This document shows positions 1 to 8,450 of a stretch of 43,120 bases of DNA, piece by piece. Under the pieces are notes generated by a model. The model saw only the letters and a list, made by a program, of their open reading frames with translations. It had not been told where the DNA came from and made no database searches. The position numbers and the translations under genes are program-made. The stretch comes from a bacterium (GTDB taxonomy: Bacteria; Actinomycetota; Acidimicrobiia; Acidimicrobiales; Ilumatobacteraceae): positions 1 through 43,120 of the forward strand of contig JBKOXV010000168.1 of NCBI GenBank assembly GCA_046725105.1. The letters run 5' to 3'. Within the stretch, counting starts at the first letter, position 1, and the number at the start of each line of letters is the position of its first letter.

Positions 1-1
1 C

Positions 2-2287
2 CTACACGGTGATGACGAGGAGGAGCGCGCCGATGGCGGCGGCGCCGAAGAGCAGCGCTCCGTACTGCTGGACCTTGCCCGACTGCACCGGCCGGAGCGC
101 CTGTCCGCTCTCCTCGGCGGCCAGGCCGCTGCCGTTCACGATGCCGTCGACGACCTTCTGGTCGATGTTGTCGTACACCCAAGTGCCCGTGCGCCGAGTG
201 CTCACGCCGACGCCGTTCACCACGCCGTCGATCAGCGCCTGGTTGATGTAGTAGGCGCCCTTGGCGATCGGGCCCTTGATGCCGGCCACGATGACGTTCT
301 CGTAGAGGGCATCCAGGTAGTACTTGTTCCACAGGAAGGCGTAGCCGCCGCCGGCGAGCTTGCTACGGCGGGTGAGGCCGGCGGCGAAGGCCCGCTCGTA
401 GACAGCGACGCACACGAGGTAACCCACGATGGCCCCGGCGAGGGCGAAGACGATCGAGAGCAGGGCGTCGCTCCAGTGGAACGGGGCGTGGACGAGCTCG
501 GGGAAGGTGCCGCCGAGCGGGCTGGCCTCGACCCACTCGGTGAACTTCTCGGTGGTGGCGATGGTGGTGGCGTTGTTGAGCAGGCCGGCCGTCAGTGACA
601 ACACGGCGAGGATGATGAGCGGCACCGTGATCAGCGGCGGCGACTCGTGCGGCTCGGCGTGGTGCTCCCCGTGGGCGCCGTGCCCGTGCACCTCGGCGGC
701 GGCGTGAGCGGTGACGAACTCGTCGGGGTTGTCCTCGGCCACGACGAAGGTGCCGCCGGCCTCCTCGGCGATGGGCTCGGCGGCGTGGGCCAGGGCCACG
801 GCCGGGACGCGCTCGGGGATGGGCTCGTGCTCATGGGCCCCGAGCTCGCCGCCGCGGTACTCGCCGAGGAAGGTGAGGTACACGCAGCGGGCCATGTAGG
901 CGGCGGTGAGGAAGGCGCCGACCAGGCCGATCACCATGAAGGCCGTGTAGCCGTTGTTGCCGGCGTTGGCGATGATCTCGTCCTTCGAGAAGAAGCCGGC
1001 ACCGATCGGGATGCCCATGAGCGCGATGGTGCCGATGATGAAGGTGACGAACGTGATCGGCATCTTGCGCCACAGCCCGCCCATGTCCTTCTTCATGTCG
1101 AAGGAGTGGTGCGCCCCGGAGTGGCTGACCGAGCCCGCCCCCAGGAAGAGCAGGGCCTTGAAGAAGGCGTGGGTGAAGATGTGAAAGACGGCCGGCAGCC
1201 AGGCGCCCACGCCGAGACCCATCACCATGTAGCCGAGCTGGCTCACCGTCGAGTAGGCGAGCACCTTCTTGATGTCGATCTGCACGAAGGCCAGCACGGC
1301 GGCGATGACGATGGTGATGCCGCCGATCACCGCCATGGGGTTCACCGGGCCGTCGGCGATCTTGAAGCCCTCGTAGAACACGGGATACAGCCGAGCGCCG
1401 AGGTAGACGCCGGCGACGACCATCGTGGCGGCGTGGATGAGCGCCGACACGGGGGTGGGGCCGGCCATGGCGTCGGGGAGCCACGTGTGCAGCGGGAACT
1501 GGCCCGACTTGCCGATGATGCCGATGAACAGGGCCATGGCGCCCCAGAAGATGACGCTGCGCGACCAGTCGCCCGACAACGCCCATTCGTTGATCTGGTC
1601 GATGCTGAACGAGCCGGCGCCCCAGAAGGTGATGATGATGCCGATCAGGAGGCCGACGTCGCCGACTCGTGTGGTGAAGAACGCCTTCATGGCGGCGTCG
1701 GAGTTCTTCTTGTCCTCCCACCAATGCCCGATCAGCATGAACGAGCAGAGGCCCATGATCTCCCAGCCGAGCAGGAGCTGGAGCGTGTTCTCGGCGATGA
1801 CCAGATCGAGCATGCCCGCCGTGAACAGCGAGAGACCGGCGAAGTAGTAGGTGAAACGCCGATCGCCGCGCACGTACTCGAGCGAATAGATCTGCACGAG
1901 GCTCGAGATGATGGTGACGACGATCAGCAGGGCGACAGCGAGGCCGTCGATGTGCTCACCGATCCCGAACCGCACGCCGCCGCTCTGCCACCACGTCCAC
2001 GAGTGGATGACCGGCTCCACGAAGGGCCGGGTGTGCTCCTCCTGTCCGGGCAGGATCGACCGGCCGAGGGCGGCCAGGGCGCTCTCGCCGCCGGCGTGGT
2101 CGTCAACCCGCTGGATCCACTGTACCGCGGTGCCGATCGCCAGCACGAGCGCCGCCAGAACGGCGGCGATGCCGATGTAGCTGCCGCCGTTCGTGTACCG
2201 GCCGGTCCGCTTCCCGAACAGGAGAATGAGGAAGAAGGCCGCCGCCGGCAGGATCGGGATGATCCAGGCGTGGTCGAGGAACCACAT
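2..2287 (-). CDS. nuoL: NADH-quinone oxidoreductase subunit L (cluster 1, EFG-less nuo-like operon), 761 aa
   Basis: Antiporter-like motifs WEIMGLCSFMLIGHWW and GKSGQFPLHTWLPDAMAGPTPVSALIHAATMV. Long C-terminal lateral-helix-like region plus a terminal TM. TAG stop at 2..4. Follows nuoK. Confidence 0.93.
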   Translation of the reverse strand: MWFLDHAWIIPILPAAAFFLILLFGKRTGRYTNGGSYIGIAAVLAALVLAIGTAVQWIQRVDDHAGGESALAALGRSILPGQEEHTRPFVEPVIHSWTWWQSGGVRFGIGEHIDGLAVALLIVVTIISSLVQIYSLEYVRGDRRFTYYFAGLSLFTAGMLDLVIAENTLQLLLGWEIMGLCSFMLIGHWWEDKKNSDAAMKAFFTTRVGDVGLLIGIIITFWGAGSFSIDQINEWALSGDWSRSVIFWGAMALFIGIIGKSGQFPLHTWLPDAMAGPTPVSALIHAATMVVAGVYLGARLYPVFYEGFKIADGPVNPMAVIGGITIVIAAVLAFVQIDIKKVLAYSTVSQLGYMVMGLGVGAWLPAVFHIFTHAFFKALLFLGAGSVSHSGAHHSFDMKKDMGGLWRKMPITFVTFIIGTIALMGIPIGAGFFSKDEIIANAGNNGYTAFMVIGLVGAFLTAAYMARCVYLTFLGEYRGGELGAHEHEPIPERVPAVALAHAAEPIAEEAGGTFVVAEDNPDEFVTAHAAAEVHGHGAHGEHHAEPHESPPLITVPLIILAVLSLTAGLLNNATTIATTEKFTEWVEASPLGGTFPELVHAPFHWSDALLSIVFALAGAIVGYLVCVAVYERAFAAGLTRRSKLAGGGYAFLWNKYYLDALYENVIVAGIKGPIAKGAYYINQALIDGVVNGVGVSTRRTGTWVYDNIDQKVVDGIVNGSGLAAEESGQALRPVQSGKVQQYGALLFGAAAIGALLLVITV

Positions 2288-2294
2288 GCCGGCG

Positions 2295-2594
2295 TCAGCC
2301 CTTCATCTCGGACAGCTCGTCGAGGGCGATGCTGCGCCGGTTGCGGTAGATGAGCAGGACGATGGCGAGGCCGACGCCGACCTCGGCGGCGGCGATGGCG
2401 ATGATGTACAGGGCGAAGACCTGCCCGTTGACGTTGCCGTTGCGCAGGGCGAACGCCAGCAAGTTGATGTTCACCGAGTTGAGGATCAGCTCGATCGACA
2501 TCAGTACGAGCACGCCGTTGCGCCGGGCGATGACGCCGTACACGCCGATGGCGAACAGCGCCGCGCCAAGGAGGAGGAACTCGTTGACCAGCAT
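2295..2594 (-). CDS. nuoK: NADH-quinone oxidoreductase subunit K (cluster 1), 99 aa
   Basis: Small 3-TM protein with SIELILNSVNINLLAF and AAAEVGVGLAIV, typical of NuoK/ND4L. Lies between nuoJ and nuoL. Confidence 0.92.
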   Translation of the reverse strand: MLVNEFLLLGAALFAIGVYGVIARRNGVLVLMSIELILNSVNINLLAFALRNGNVNGQVFALYIIAIAAAEVGVGLAIVLLIYRNRRSIALDELSEMKG

Positions 2595-2600
2595 CGATGC

Positions 2601-3116
2601 TCAGTCTTTTCGGGCGAGGACGATGGCGCCGATGACGGCGGCGAGCAGGACGAACGACAGGGCCCAGAACGGCAGCAGGTACGGCCCGAAGATGGAGTCG
2701 CTGACCTGCTCGGTGGAGCTGATGAGGGGATCGGCCGGCAGCTGCTCGTCGGAGAAGGCGTCGATGAGCACGTAGCCGAGGACGCCGGCGATGGCGAGGG
2801 CCACCACGACGGCGACGCTCCGTTGGGACGTGTTCAACCCGCCCTCCCGGCCGATGCGCGCCCGGGTGAGCATCGTGCCGAACAGGAAGAGGACGGTGAC
2901 GGCGCCGATGTAGACGAGGATCTGGGTGACGGCGACGAACTCGGCCGCCAGCAGCAGGTAGAGGGCGGCGGCTCCGCCGAGCACCACGACGAGGTACAGG
3001 GCGGCGTGGACGACGTTGTTGGTGGTGACGACGCGCAGGGCGCCGAGGATCATGCCGGCGGCGATGATGCCGAAGGCGATGTGCTGGGCGACGTTCTGCT
3101 GGGCGGCCAGGAGCAT
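2601..3116 (-). CDS. nuoJ: NADH-quinone oxidoreductase subunit J (cluster 1), 171 aa
   Basis: Multi-TM ND6-like protein (LLLAAEFVAVTQILVYIGAVTVLFLF). Abuts the nuoI stop and precedes nuoK. Confidence 0.88.
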   Translation of the reverse strand: MLLAAQQNVAQHIAFGIIAAGMILGALRVVTTNNVVHAALYLVVVLGGAAALYLLLAAEFVAVTQILVYIGAVTVLFLFGTMLTRARIGREGGLNTSQRSVAVVVALAIAGVLGYVLIDAFSDEQLPADPLISSTEQVSDSIFGPYLLPFWALSFVLLAAVIGAIVLARKD

Positions 3117-3623
3117 CTACTTCTTCTTCTTGTCGGCGCCGGCTTCGAGCTCGGGGGCTTCCGGGACGGTCTCCATCCACTCGCCGAGCTTGTCCTTGTC
3201 GTGGAGGAGATCGGCGATGCGCGGCTCGGAGTACTCGTACTCCGGGCTCCAGAACAGGGCGTCGAACGGGCACACTTCGACGCAGATCCCGCAGTACATG
3301 CACAGGGCGTAATCGATGTCGAAGCGGTCGAGGGCGCTGACGCTGCGGGGCTTGCCGCCGGGCCGCCGCGGCGGGGCTTTCTCCTTGTGACCCTCGATGT
3401 AGATGCACCAGTCCGGACACGAGCGGGCGCACAGCATGCAGACCGTGCAGTTGCCCTCGTGGAGGGCGATGACGCCGCGAGCCCGGATCGGCGGCGCTTC
3501 CTTCTCGTGCGGGTACTGGATGGTGGCGGGACCGCCGCCCAGCCGCCGAGGCGTGACGGTGTGGGTGAGCTCCTTGAAGGTGACCCCGAGGCCCTTCAGC
3601 ACACCCGGAACCAGCTTGGACAT
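3117..3623 (-). CDS. nuoI: NADH-quinone oxidoreductase subunit I (cluster 1), 2x[4Fe-4S], 168 aa
   Basis: Two CxxCxxCxxxCP motifs ([24 protein letters not shown]). Its start shares 1 nt with the nuoH stop (TGATG). Confidence 0.93.
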   Translation of the reverse strand: MSKLVPGVLKGLGVTFKELTHTVTPRRLGGGPATIQYPHEKEAPPIRARGVIALHEGNCTVCMLCARSCPDWCIYIEGHKEKAPPRRPGGKPRSVSALDRFDIDYALCMYCGICVEVCPFDALFWSPEYEYSEPRIADLLHDKDKLGEWMETVPEAPELEAGADKKKK

Positions 3624-4651
3624 CAGAACATCACCTTGAAGATGGCTGTCACCATGATGTTGATCAGCGCGATCGGGATGAGGAACTTCCAGGCGAACCG
3701 CTGGAGCTGGTCCTCACGGAAGCGGGGATAGGTGAAGCGCACGAAGAAGATCAGGCCCATGAGGATGAGCATCTTCGTGAACAGGACGAGCGGGCCGATG
3801 ACGTTCATCCAGTCGGCGTCGAGCGATACGCCCGGCAGCGCCCATCCGCCGAGGAAGAGGGTGGCGGCCAGGGCGGCGAAGGCGCCCGCCGACGCGAACT
3901 CGGCGATGAAGAACAGCAGGAAGCGAAAGCCGCTGTATTCCGTCATGTAGCCGGCGACGAGCTCGGACTCGGCGATGGGCATGTCGAAGGGCGTCTGGGT
4001 GAGCTCGGCCTGGGCGGCGATGAGGAAGATCACCAGCGCCACGAACTGGGTGAAGACGTACGGAAAGCCGATGCCGCCCCAGCCGAGGATCTCGCCGTCG
4101 TGCTGGGCGGCCACGATCCCCTGCATGTTCAGGGTGCCGGCCTGGATCACGACGCCCATCACGGCGAGCGACAGCGGCAGCTCGTAGGCGATCAGCTGGC
4201 CGGCGGCCCGCAGCCCGCCCATGAGCGAGTACTTGTTCGCCGACGACCAGCCCGCCATGAGGATGCCGAGCACCGACACCGACGACACGGCGAGGGCGAA
4301 GAAGATGCCGGTCGAGTAGTCGGCGAAGACGGCGAGCGGGCCGAACGGGACGGCGAGATAGATGAGGAACACGGTGAGGAAGACGACGAAGACGGCGGCC
4401 TTGAAGATGAACCGGTCGGCGTTGTCGGGGTGCAGGTCCTCCTTCTGGAGGAACTTCCCCACCTCGGCGAACAGCTGCAGCGAGCCGTACGGGCCAGCTT
4501 CCATCGGCCCCAACCGGGACTGCATGAAGCTCACCATCTTGAACAGGTAGAGGTACACGGCGGTGCCGGCCGGGATCAGCACGGCGACGGCCACCCCCAG
4601 CGACCGGAAGACGGTCTGGCCCCAGTACGGGATGACGACGGCCGACGTCAT
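3623..4651 (-). CDS. nuoH: NADH-quinone oxidoreductase subunit H (cluster 1), 342 aa
   Basis: ND1-type motifs [21 protein letters not shown] and [22 protein letters not shown]. The track ORF runs to 4747; I trimmed it to the ATG at 4651, which has GAGG 6 nt upstream. The extra 32 codons look like GC-rich read-through. Confidence 0.9.
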   Translation of the reverse strand: MTSAVVIPYWGQTVFRSLGVAVAVLIPAGTAVYLYLFKMVSFMQSRLGPMEAGPYGSLQLFAEVGKFLQKEDLHPDNADRFIFKAAVFVVFLTVFLIYLAVPFGPLAVFADYSTGIFFALAVSSVSVLGILMAGWSSANKYSLMGGLRAAGQLIAYELPLSLAVMGVVIQAGTLNMQGIVAAQHDGEILGWGGIGFPYVFTQFVALVIFLIAAQAELTQTPFDMPIAESELVAGYMTEYSGFRFLLFFIAEFASAGAFAALAATLFLGGWALPGVSLDADWMNVIGPLVLFTKMLILMGLIFFVRFTYPRFREDQLQRFAWKFLIPIALINIMVTAIFKVMF

Positions 4652-4783
4652 GAGGGCCTCACGGCGGCACTGCGGGTCCTGTCCGGCGCGGTCCGCAGCG
4701 GCCGGCCGACAAACCGTCGGCCGCCGCTTTGCGGCCGCCCCGGCCACCCGCAGCGCCTCCGCCCATAGGTCTCGTCGATAGGA

Positions 4784-4800
4784 GTCGGCCTTCGGCCGAC
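4784..4800 (-). other. Perfect 7-bp stem / 3-nt loop hairpin 8 nt downstream of the nuoD (cluster 1) stop
   Basis: Plus strand GTCGGCC-TTC-GGCCGAC; transcript GUCGGCC-GAA-GGCCGAC. No U-tract follows. A related unit, CGGCCGAC-AAACC-GTCGGCCG, lies at 4703..4723. Confidence 0.5.
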
Positions 4801-4808
4801 ACGCATCT

Positions 4809-5981
4809 TCATCGGTCGATGTCCCCGAGGATGAAGTACAGGCTGGCGAGGATGGTGATGACGTCGGGGACGTACACGCCGCGGAGAACCCACGGCGTGA
4901 CCGAGATGTTGTTGAACGACGCCGAGCGGATCTTGACTCGGAACGGGCCCGTGTCGCCTTTCGAGATGACGTAGTACCCCATCTCGCCGAGCGGGTTCTC
5001 GGTGGAGACCCAGGCCTCGCCCTCGGGCACCTTGATGATGCGCGGCACCTTGGCCATGATCGGGCCGGCCGGCAGGCTGTCGAGCAGCTGCTCGACGATG
5101 CCCGTGGCCTCCCGGACCTCCTGCAGCCGCACCCAGTAGCGGGCGAAGCTGTCGCCGTCGGGGTGGGTCCAGACCTTCCAGTCCACCTTGTCCCACGCCA
5201 GCGGCAGCTGCTGGTCGCGCCGGAGGTCCCAGTCCACGCCGCTGCCCCGCAAGTTGGCGCCGGACAGGCCGTATTGGAGAGCGATCTCGCGCGGGATCAC
5301 CCCGATGCCCCGGGTGCGGGCCTCGAAGATCTCGTTGCCGACGAGGAGGTTCTCCATCTCGTCGCAAAAGGCGCGCACCGTCTTCATCACCGACTTCGTC
5401 TCGTCGATGAACCCCTTGGGCAGGTCGTCCTTCAGGCCACCGATGCGGTCGTAATTGGGATGGAAGCGCCCACCCGTGACCGACTCGATCAGGTTGAGCA
5501 CGTACTCCCGGTCGCGGAAGGCGTAGAAGACGGGCGTGACGGCGCCGAGCTGCACGCCCATGTCGCCGAGGAACAGCGTCACGTTGGCGATGCGGGACAG
5601 CTCGAACAGGACGGTGCGGATGTGCTGGGCCCGCGGCGGTGCCTCGATCTCCATGAGCTTCTCGGCGGCGAGAATGAACGGCACCTCGTTGGCGAAGCTG
5701 CCCAGCCAGTCGATCCGGTTGATGAGGGTGGTGACCTGGGGGAACGTCCGGACCTCGGTGAGCTTCTCGTAGCCGCGGTGCATGTAGCCGCACGAGGGCT
5801 CGGCCCAGACGACCTGCTCGCCGTCGAGGCGGCAGATGATCCGCAGCGTGCCGTGGGTGGCCGGGTGCTGCGGCCCGATGTTGAGGGTCATGCCCTCGGT
5901 CTCGAGCTCGACGTTCAAGCGGGCGTCGGCGGCCTGGCCGGCGATGTAGGCGAGCTGCTGGCGATCGGTCAACATCGTCAT
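4809..5981 (-). CDS. nuoD: NADH-quinone oxidoreductase subunit D (cluster 1), 390 aa
   Basis: NIGPQHPATHGTLR, HRGYEKL and the C-terminal ILGDIDR motif. The ATG at 5981 overlaps the nuoC stop (ATGA). The track ORF to 6509 is an upstream read-through. Confidence 0.93.
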   Translation of the reverse strand: MTMLTDRQQLAYIAGQAADARLNVELETEGMTLNIGPQHPATHGTLRIICRLDGEQVVWAEPSCGYMHRGYEKLTEVRTFPQVTTLINRIDWLGSFANEVPFILAAEKLMEIEAPPRAQHIRTVLFELSRIANVTLFLGDMGVQLGAVTPVFYAFRDREYVLNLIESVTGGRFHPNYDRIGGLKDDLPKGFIDETKSVMKTVRAFCDEMENLLVGNEIFEARTRGIGVIPREIALQYGLSGANLRGSGVDWDLRRDQQLPLAWDKVDWKVWTHPDGDSFARYWVRLQEVREATGIVEQLLDSLPAGPIMAKVPRIIKVPEGEAWVSTENPLGEMGYYVISKGDTGPFRVKIRSASFNNISVTPWVLRGVYVPDVITILASLYFILGDIDR

Positions 5982-6649
5982 GACGACTCGCCCTCCTCCG
6001 CCTCCTCGTCGTCGGCCGGCATGGGCTCGACGTCGACGATGCCCGGCCACGGCTTCACCATGCGGGCCAGCAGCGGGAAGTCCTTCCGCAAGGGATGGCC
6101 CTCGAAGCCGGTCGGCAGATACATGTTGCGCAGGTCGGGATGGCCGGCGAAGACGATGCCGAACATCTCCCACGTCTCCCGCTCGTGCCAGTTGGCCCCG
6201 GCGTACACGCTCGACCACGACTCGATCGTCATCGTGTCGTCGGGGACGTCGACCTTCATCGTGAGGCCGACGTGGCGGCGGGGATCGACGACCCGGGCGA
6301 ACACCTGGAACCGCGTGTCGCCGCCCGCCACGCCCTGCTTCGTCTCGGTGGAACGTTCGGGGGGCGGCTCGGTGGGATCGTCCTCCCCTTTGCCGTACGG
6401 CGACGGCATCCAGTCGATGGCTGACAGGAAGCAGAAGTACTCGCAGCCGAGCACGTCCCGCACCGCCACGCCGGCAGGGCGCCACGAGTCGGTGGCGATG
6501 CGCACCCACACGTCGTCGCCGGGCCGCAGCTCGTGGCCCACGACGGCGTCGCCCAGCTCGCTGGTGAGCCGTTCGATCAGACCCTGACGCAGCTCGTCGA
6601 CGGCGGCGTCCCCCGTGCCGGTGTCAGCCGTTGACGACAATGGGCTCAC
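5978..6649 (-). CDS. nuoC: NADH-quinone oxidoreductase subunit C (cluster 1), 223 aa
   Basis: 30-kDa subunit motif [38 protein letters not shown]. Acidic C-terminal tail. Confidence 0.9.
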   Translation of the reverse strand: MSPLSSTADTGTGDAAVDELRQGLIERLTSELGDAVVGHELRPGDDVWVRIATDSWRPAGVAVRDVLGCEYFCFLSAIDWMPSPYGKGEDDPTEPPPERSTETKQGVAGGDTRFQVFARVVDPRRHVGLTMKVDVPDDTMTIESWSSVYAGANWHERETWEMFGIVFAGHPDLRNMYLPTGFEGHPLRKDFPLLARMVKPWPGIVDVEPMPADDEEAEEGESS

Positions 6650-7127
6650 CGCGCCACTTTGCGCTCATGTCTTCCCGCTTGATCCGCTCCTGGAGCAGCA
6701 CGATGCCCTCCAGCAGCGCCTCCGGCCGCGGCGGGCAGCCGGGTACGTACACGTCGACCGGAATGATCTGATCCACGCCCTTGGTGACCGAGTAGCTGTC
6801 CCAGTAGGGGCCGCCGCAGTTGGCGCACGAGCCCATCGAGATCACGTACTTGGGATCCGGCATCTGTTCGTACAGGCGCTTCACGGCGGGTGCCATCTTG
6901 TCGGTGACCGTGCCCGAGATCACGACGAGGTCGGCCTGGCGGGGGCTGGCCGGCAGCGGGATCACGCCGAGCCGCATCACGTCGTACCGGGGCGACCCGA
7001 AGGCCGCACCCATCTCGATGGCGCAGCACGCCAGCCCCCACTGGTACACCCACACCGAGTACGAACGCCCCATGTTCAACAGCGCGGTGAGGGGCTTGGG
7101 CATGCGGCCCTTCTCGATCAGACCCAC
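6624..7127 (-). CDS. nuoB: NADH-quinone oxidoreductase subunit B (cluster 1), about 167 aa
   Basis: [35 protein letters not shown] and [11 protein letters not shown] (N2 cluster ligands). Start chosen at GTG 7127, with AAGGGAG about 7 nt upstream and an overlap with the nuoA end. ATG 7103 is an alternative. The track ORF to 7361 is read-through. Confidence 0.85.
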   Translation of the reverse strand: MGLIEKGRMPKPLTALLNMGRSYSVWVYQWGLACCAIEMGAAFGSPRYDVMRLGVIPLPASPRQADLVVISGTVTDKMAPAVKRLYEQMPDPKYVISMGSCANCGGPYWDSYSVTKGVDQIIPVDVYVPGCPPRPEALLEGIVLLQERIKREDMSAKWRGEPIVVNG

Positions 7128-7486
7128 CGCAGCACTCCCTTGCGCCACGCGTACACGAGGCCCAGGACGAGCACGAACACGAACACACCCATCTCCACCA
7201 GACCGAAGCCGCCGTACTCCTCGAGGCGGACGGCCCACGGGAAGATGAACACCACCTCGACGTCGAACACCACGAAGAGCAGGGCGAACAGGTAGTACCG
7301 GATCTGGCTCTGCGACCAGCCTTCCCCGACCGGATCGACACCGCTCTCGTAGGCGATCCACTTCTCCGGCGAGCCCGTCCGGCGGGGCCGCACCAGGCTG
7401 CTGAGACCCAGGAAGCCCGATGCCAGGGCCACGGCGACGGCGATGAAGACGGCCGCCGTCAGCCAGCTGCGGAGGAACTGCGACAT
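7118..7486 (-). CDS. nuoA: NADH-quinone oxidoreductase subunit A (cluster 1), about 122 aa
   Basis: ND3-type motifs YESGVDP and [14 protein letters not shown] at 7486; the track uses TTG at 7492. First gene of the operon. No SD is visible, so the transcript may be leaderless. Confidence 0.88.
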   Translation of the reverse strand: MSQFLRSWLTAAVFIAVAVALASGFLGLSSLVRPRRTGSPEKWIAYESGVDPVGEGWSQSQIRYYLFALLFVVFDVEVVFIFPWAVRLEEYGGFGLVEMGVFVFVLVLGLVYAWRKGVLRWV

Positions 7487-7494
7487 CGCCAAGG

Positions 7495-7500
7495 ACTCTA
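7495..7500 (-). promoter_or_regulatory. -10-like hexamer TAGAGT (TAnnnT), 8 nt upstream of the nuoA (cluster 1) ATG
   Basis: The minus strand reads TAGAGT-CCTTGGCG-ATG. This fits the actinobacterial TAnnnT -10 box and a leaderless or near-leaderless start. No clear -35 element. Confidence 0.35.
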
Positions 7501-7509
7501 TACGAGGGA

Positions 7510-7525
7510 CGTGAATTGGCTCACA
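7510..7525. promoter_or_regulatory. CRP/GlxR-like palindromic box CGTGA-ATTGGC-TCACA
   Basis: Matches TGTGA-N6-TCACA at 9/10 positions. Lies in the divergent nuoA(cluster 1)/amidotransferase intergenic region. Its 17-nt core is 15/17 identical to the box at 29202..29217. Confidence 0.45.
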
Positions 7526-7608
7526 AACAGGTAAGGCACCTTGTGGACGCGGTGGCGACCCCGTGACCAGGGGTCCCGCGCCGATCGCCGGCCGGTAGCG
7601 TCACCGGG

Positions 7609-8313
7609 GTGGCTCCGCTGATCGCCGTTCCGGGCCGCCTCCGCGACGACATCCGCGGGGCGCGCGGCGGTGCCGTGCTGGCCGGGCGCCGCTATCTCGA
7701 CGCCGTCGCCCGAGCCGGCGGCGTGCCCGCCCTCCTCGACCCGTCGCACCCGATCGACTTCGCCGCCGTGCTGGTCCGGTTCGACGGGTTGCTCCTCCTC
7801 GGCGGCGGGGACCTGGACCCGGCCCGCTACGGCGTGTCCGAGCCGCATCCCGAGGTGGGCGGCATCGACGAACACCACGACGCCTTCGAACTGGCGGCGC
7901 TGGAGTCGGCCCTGACGCTCGATCTCCCGATTCTCGCCGTGTGCCGAGGCTGCCAGGTCCTCAACGTCGCGCTCGGAGGGACACTCCGCCAGCACGTCAA
8001 CGACCACCGCGGCCTGCTGCATCCGGTCGCCGTGGTACCCGGGAGCCGGACGGAGGCGGCCATGGGGACGGCCACGCCGACCGGCTGGTCGCGCCATCAC
8101 CAGGTGATCGACCGGGTCGGCGACGGGCTCGTCGTCACCGCTCGCGACGCTGGCGGTCTCGTCGAAGGCGTCGAGCGGCCCGACGGGTGGGTCGTCGGCG
8201 TGCAGTGGCACCCCGAGGATTCGGCCGCCGACGACCCCGCCCAGCAGGGTCTGTTCGACGCCTTCGTCGCCGCCTGCCGAGCTCGCAGTACGGTGACCGC
8301 ACCGGGGGGATAG
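7609..8313 (+). CDS. Class I glutamine amidotransferase-like / peptidase C26 (gamma-glutamyl-GABA hydrolase PuuD family), 234 aa
   Basis: Nucleophile elbow LAVCRGCQVLNVALGGTL and the His-Glu motif VQWHPE. GTG start. Confidence 0.8.
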   Translation: MAPLIAVPGRLRDDIRGARGGAVLAGRRYLDAVARAGGVPALLDPSHPIDFAAVLVRFDGLLLLGGGDLDPARYGVSEPHPEVGGIDEHHDAFELAALESALTLDLPILAVCRGCQVLNVALGGTLRQHVNDHRGLLHPVAVVPGSRTEAAMGTATPTGWSRHHQVIDRVGDGLVVTARDAGGLVEGVERPDGWVVGVQWHPEDSAADDPAQQGLFDAFVAACRARSTVTAPGG

Positions 8314-8450
8314 GAGGAGCGACCAGGCCGTGGCCCGCATCGGCGCGTTCCTACGCGAACGTCTGAACCCGTAGCACGGCTCCGACCCCCGGCGATGTGA
8401 GGCTCGTCCTCCTCTGGGGTGGAGAACCATCACGTCGGCGGAATGAGCGG

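Noticed and set aside
638-850. A His-rich loop in NuoL1 (HAAAEVHGHGAHGEHHAEPHESPP) as a possible special metal-binding insertion.
   Set aside because: NuoL2 has the same type of element at the equivalent place (EHHDAHPPHES), and PHES before the next TM looks like a family feature. Only the loop length differs, which is weak evidence on its own.
647-2353. Long plus-strand ORF (568 aa) antisense to nuoL. Similar long antisense or out-of-frame ORFs occur at 831..1724, 1924..3432, 2193..3731, 8397..10025, 10031..11584, 11608..13533, 17420..19000, 18807..20216 and 21044..22360.
   Set aside because: Their translations are Arg/Gly/Asp/His/Pro-rich low-complexity strings with no motifs. They fully overlap genes with unambiguous Nuo motifs. 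This is the usual stop-codon depletion in non-coding frames of high-GC DNA.
3623-4747. N-terminal extensions suggested by the ORF track for nuoH1. The same issue applies to nuoD1 (to 6509), nuoB1 (to 7361), nuoN (to 10871), nuoM (to 11872), nuoI2 (to 15412), nuoH2 (to 17298), nuoF (to 20321), nuoD2 (to 23323), the 266-aa gene (to 24950), the reductase (from 30144), hemL (to 36124) and tetR (to 37980).
   Set aside because: The extensions overlap the upstream gene, are Arg/Pro-rich and lack homology-like sequence. Internal ATG/GTG starts that coincide with the upstream stop codons (ATGA/TGATG/GTGA) or sit behind an SD give family-typical N-termini.
8314-8450. An expected bidirectional intrinsic terminator between the convergent amidotransferase and nuoN genes.
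   Set aside because: I found only short stems (CGTTC...GAACG, GGCC-GT-GGCC) and no T/U-tract. That is not convincing enough to annotate.
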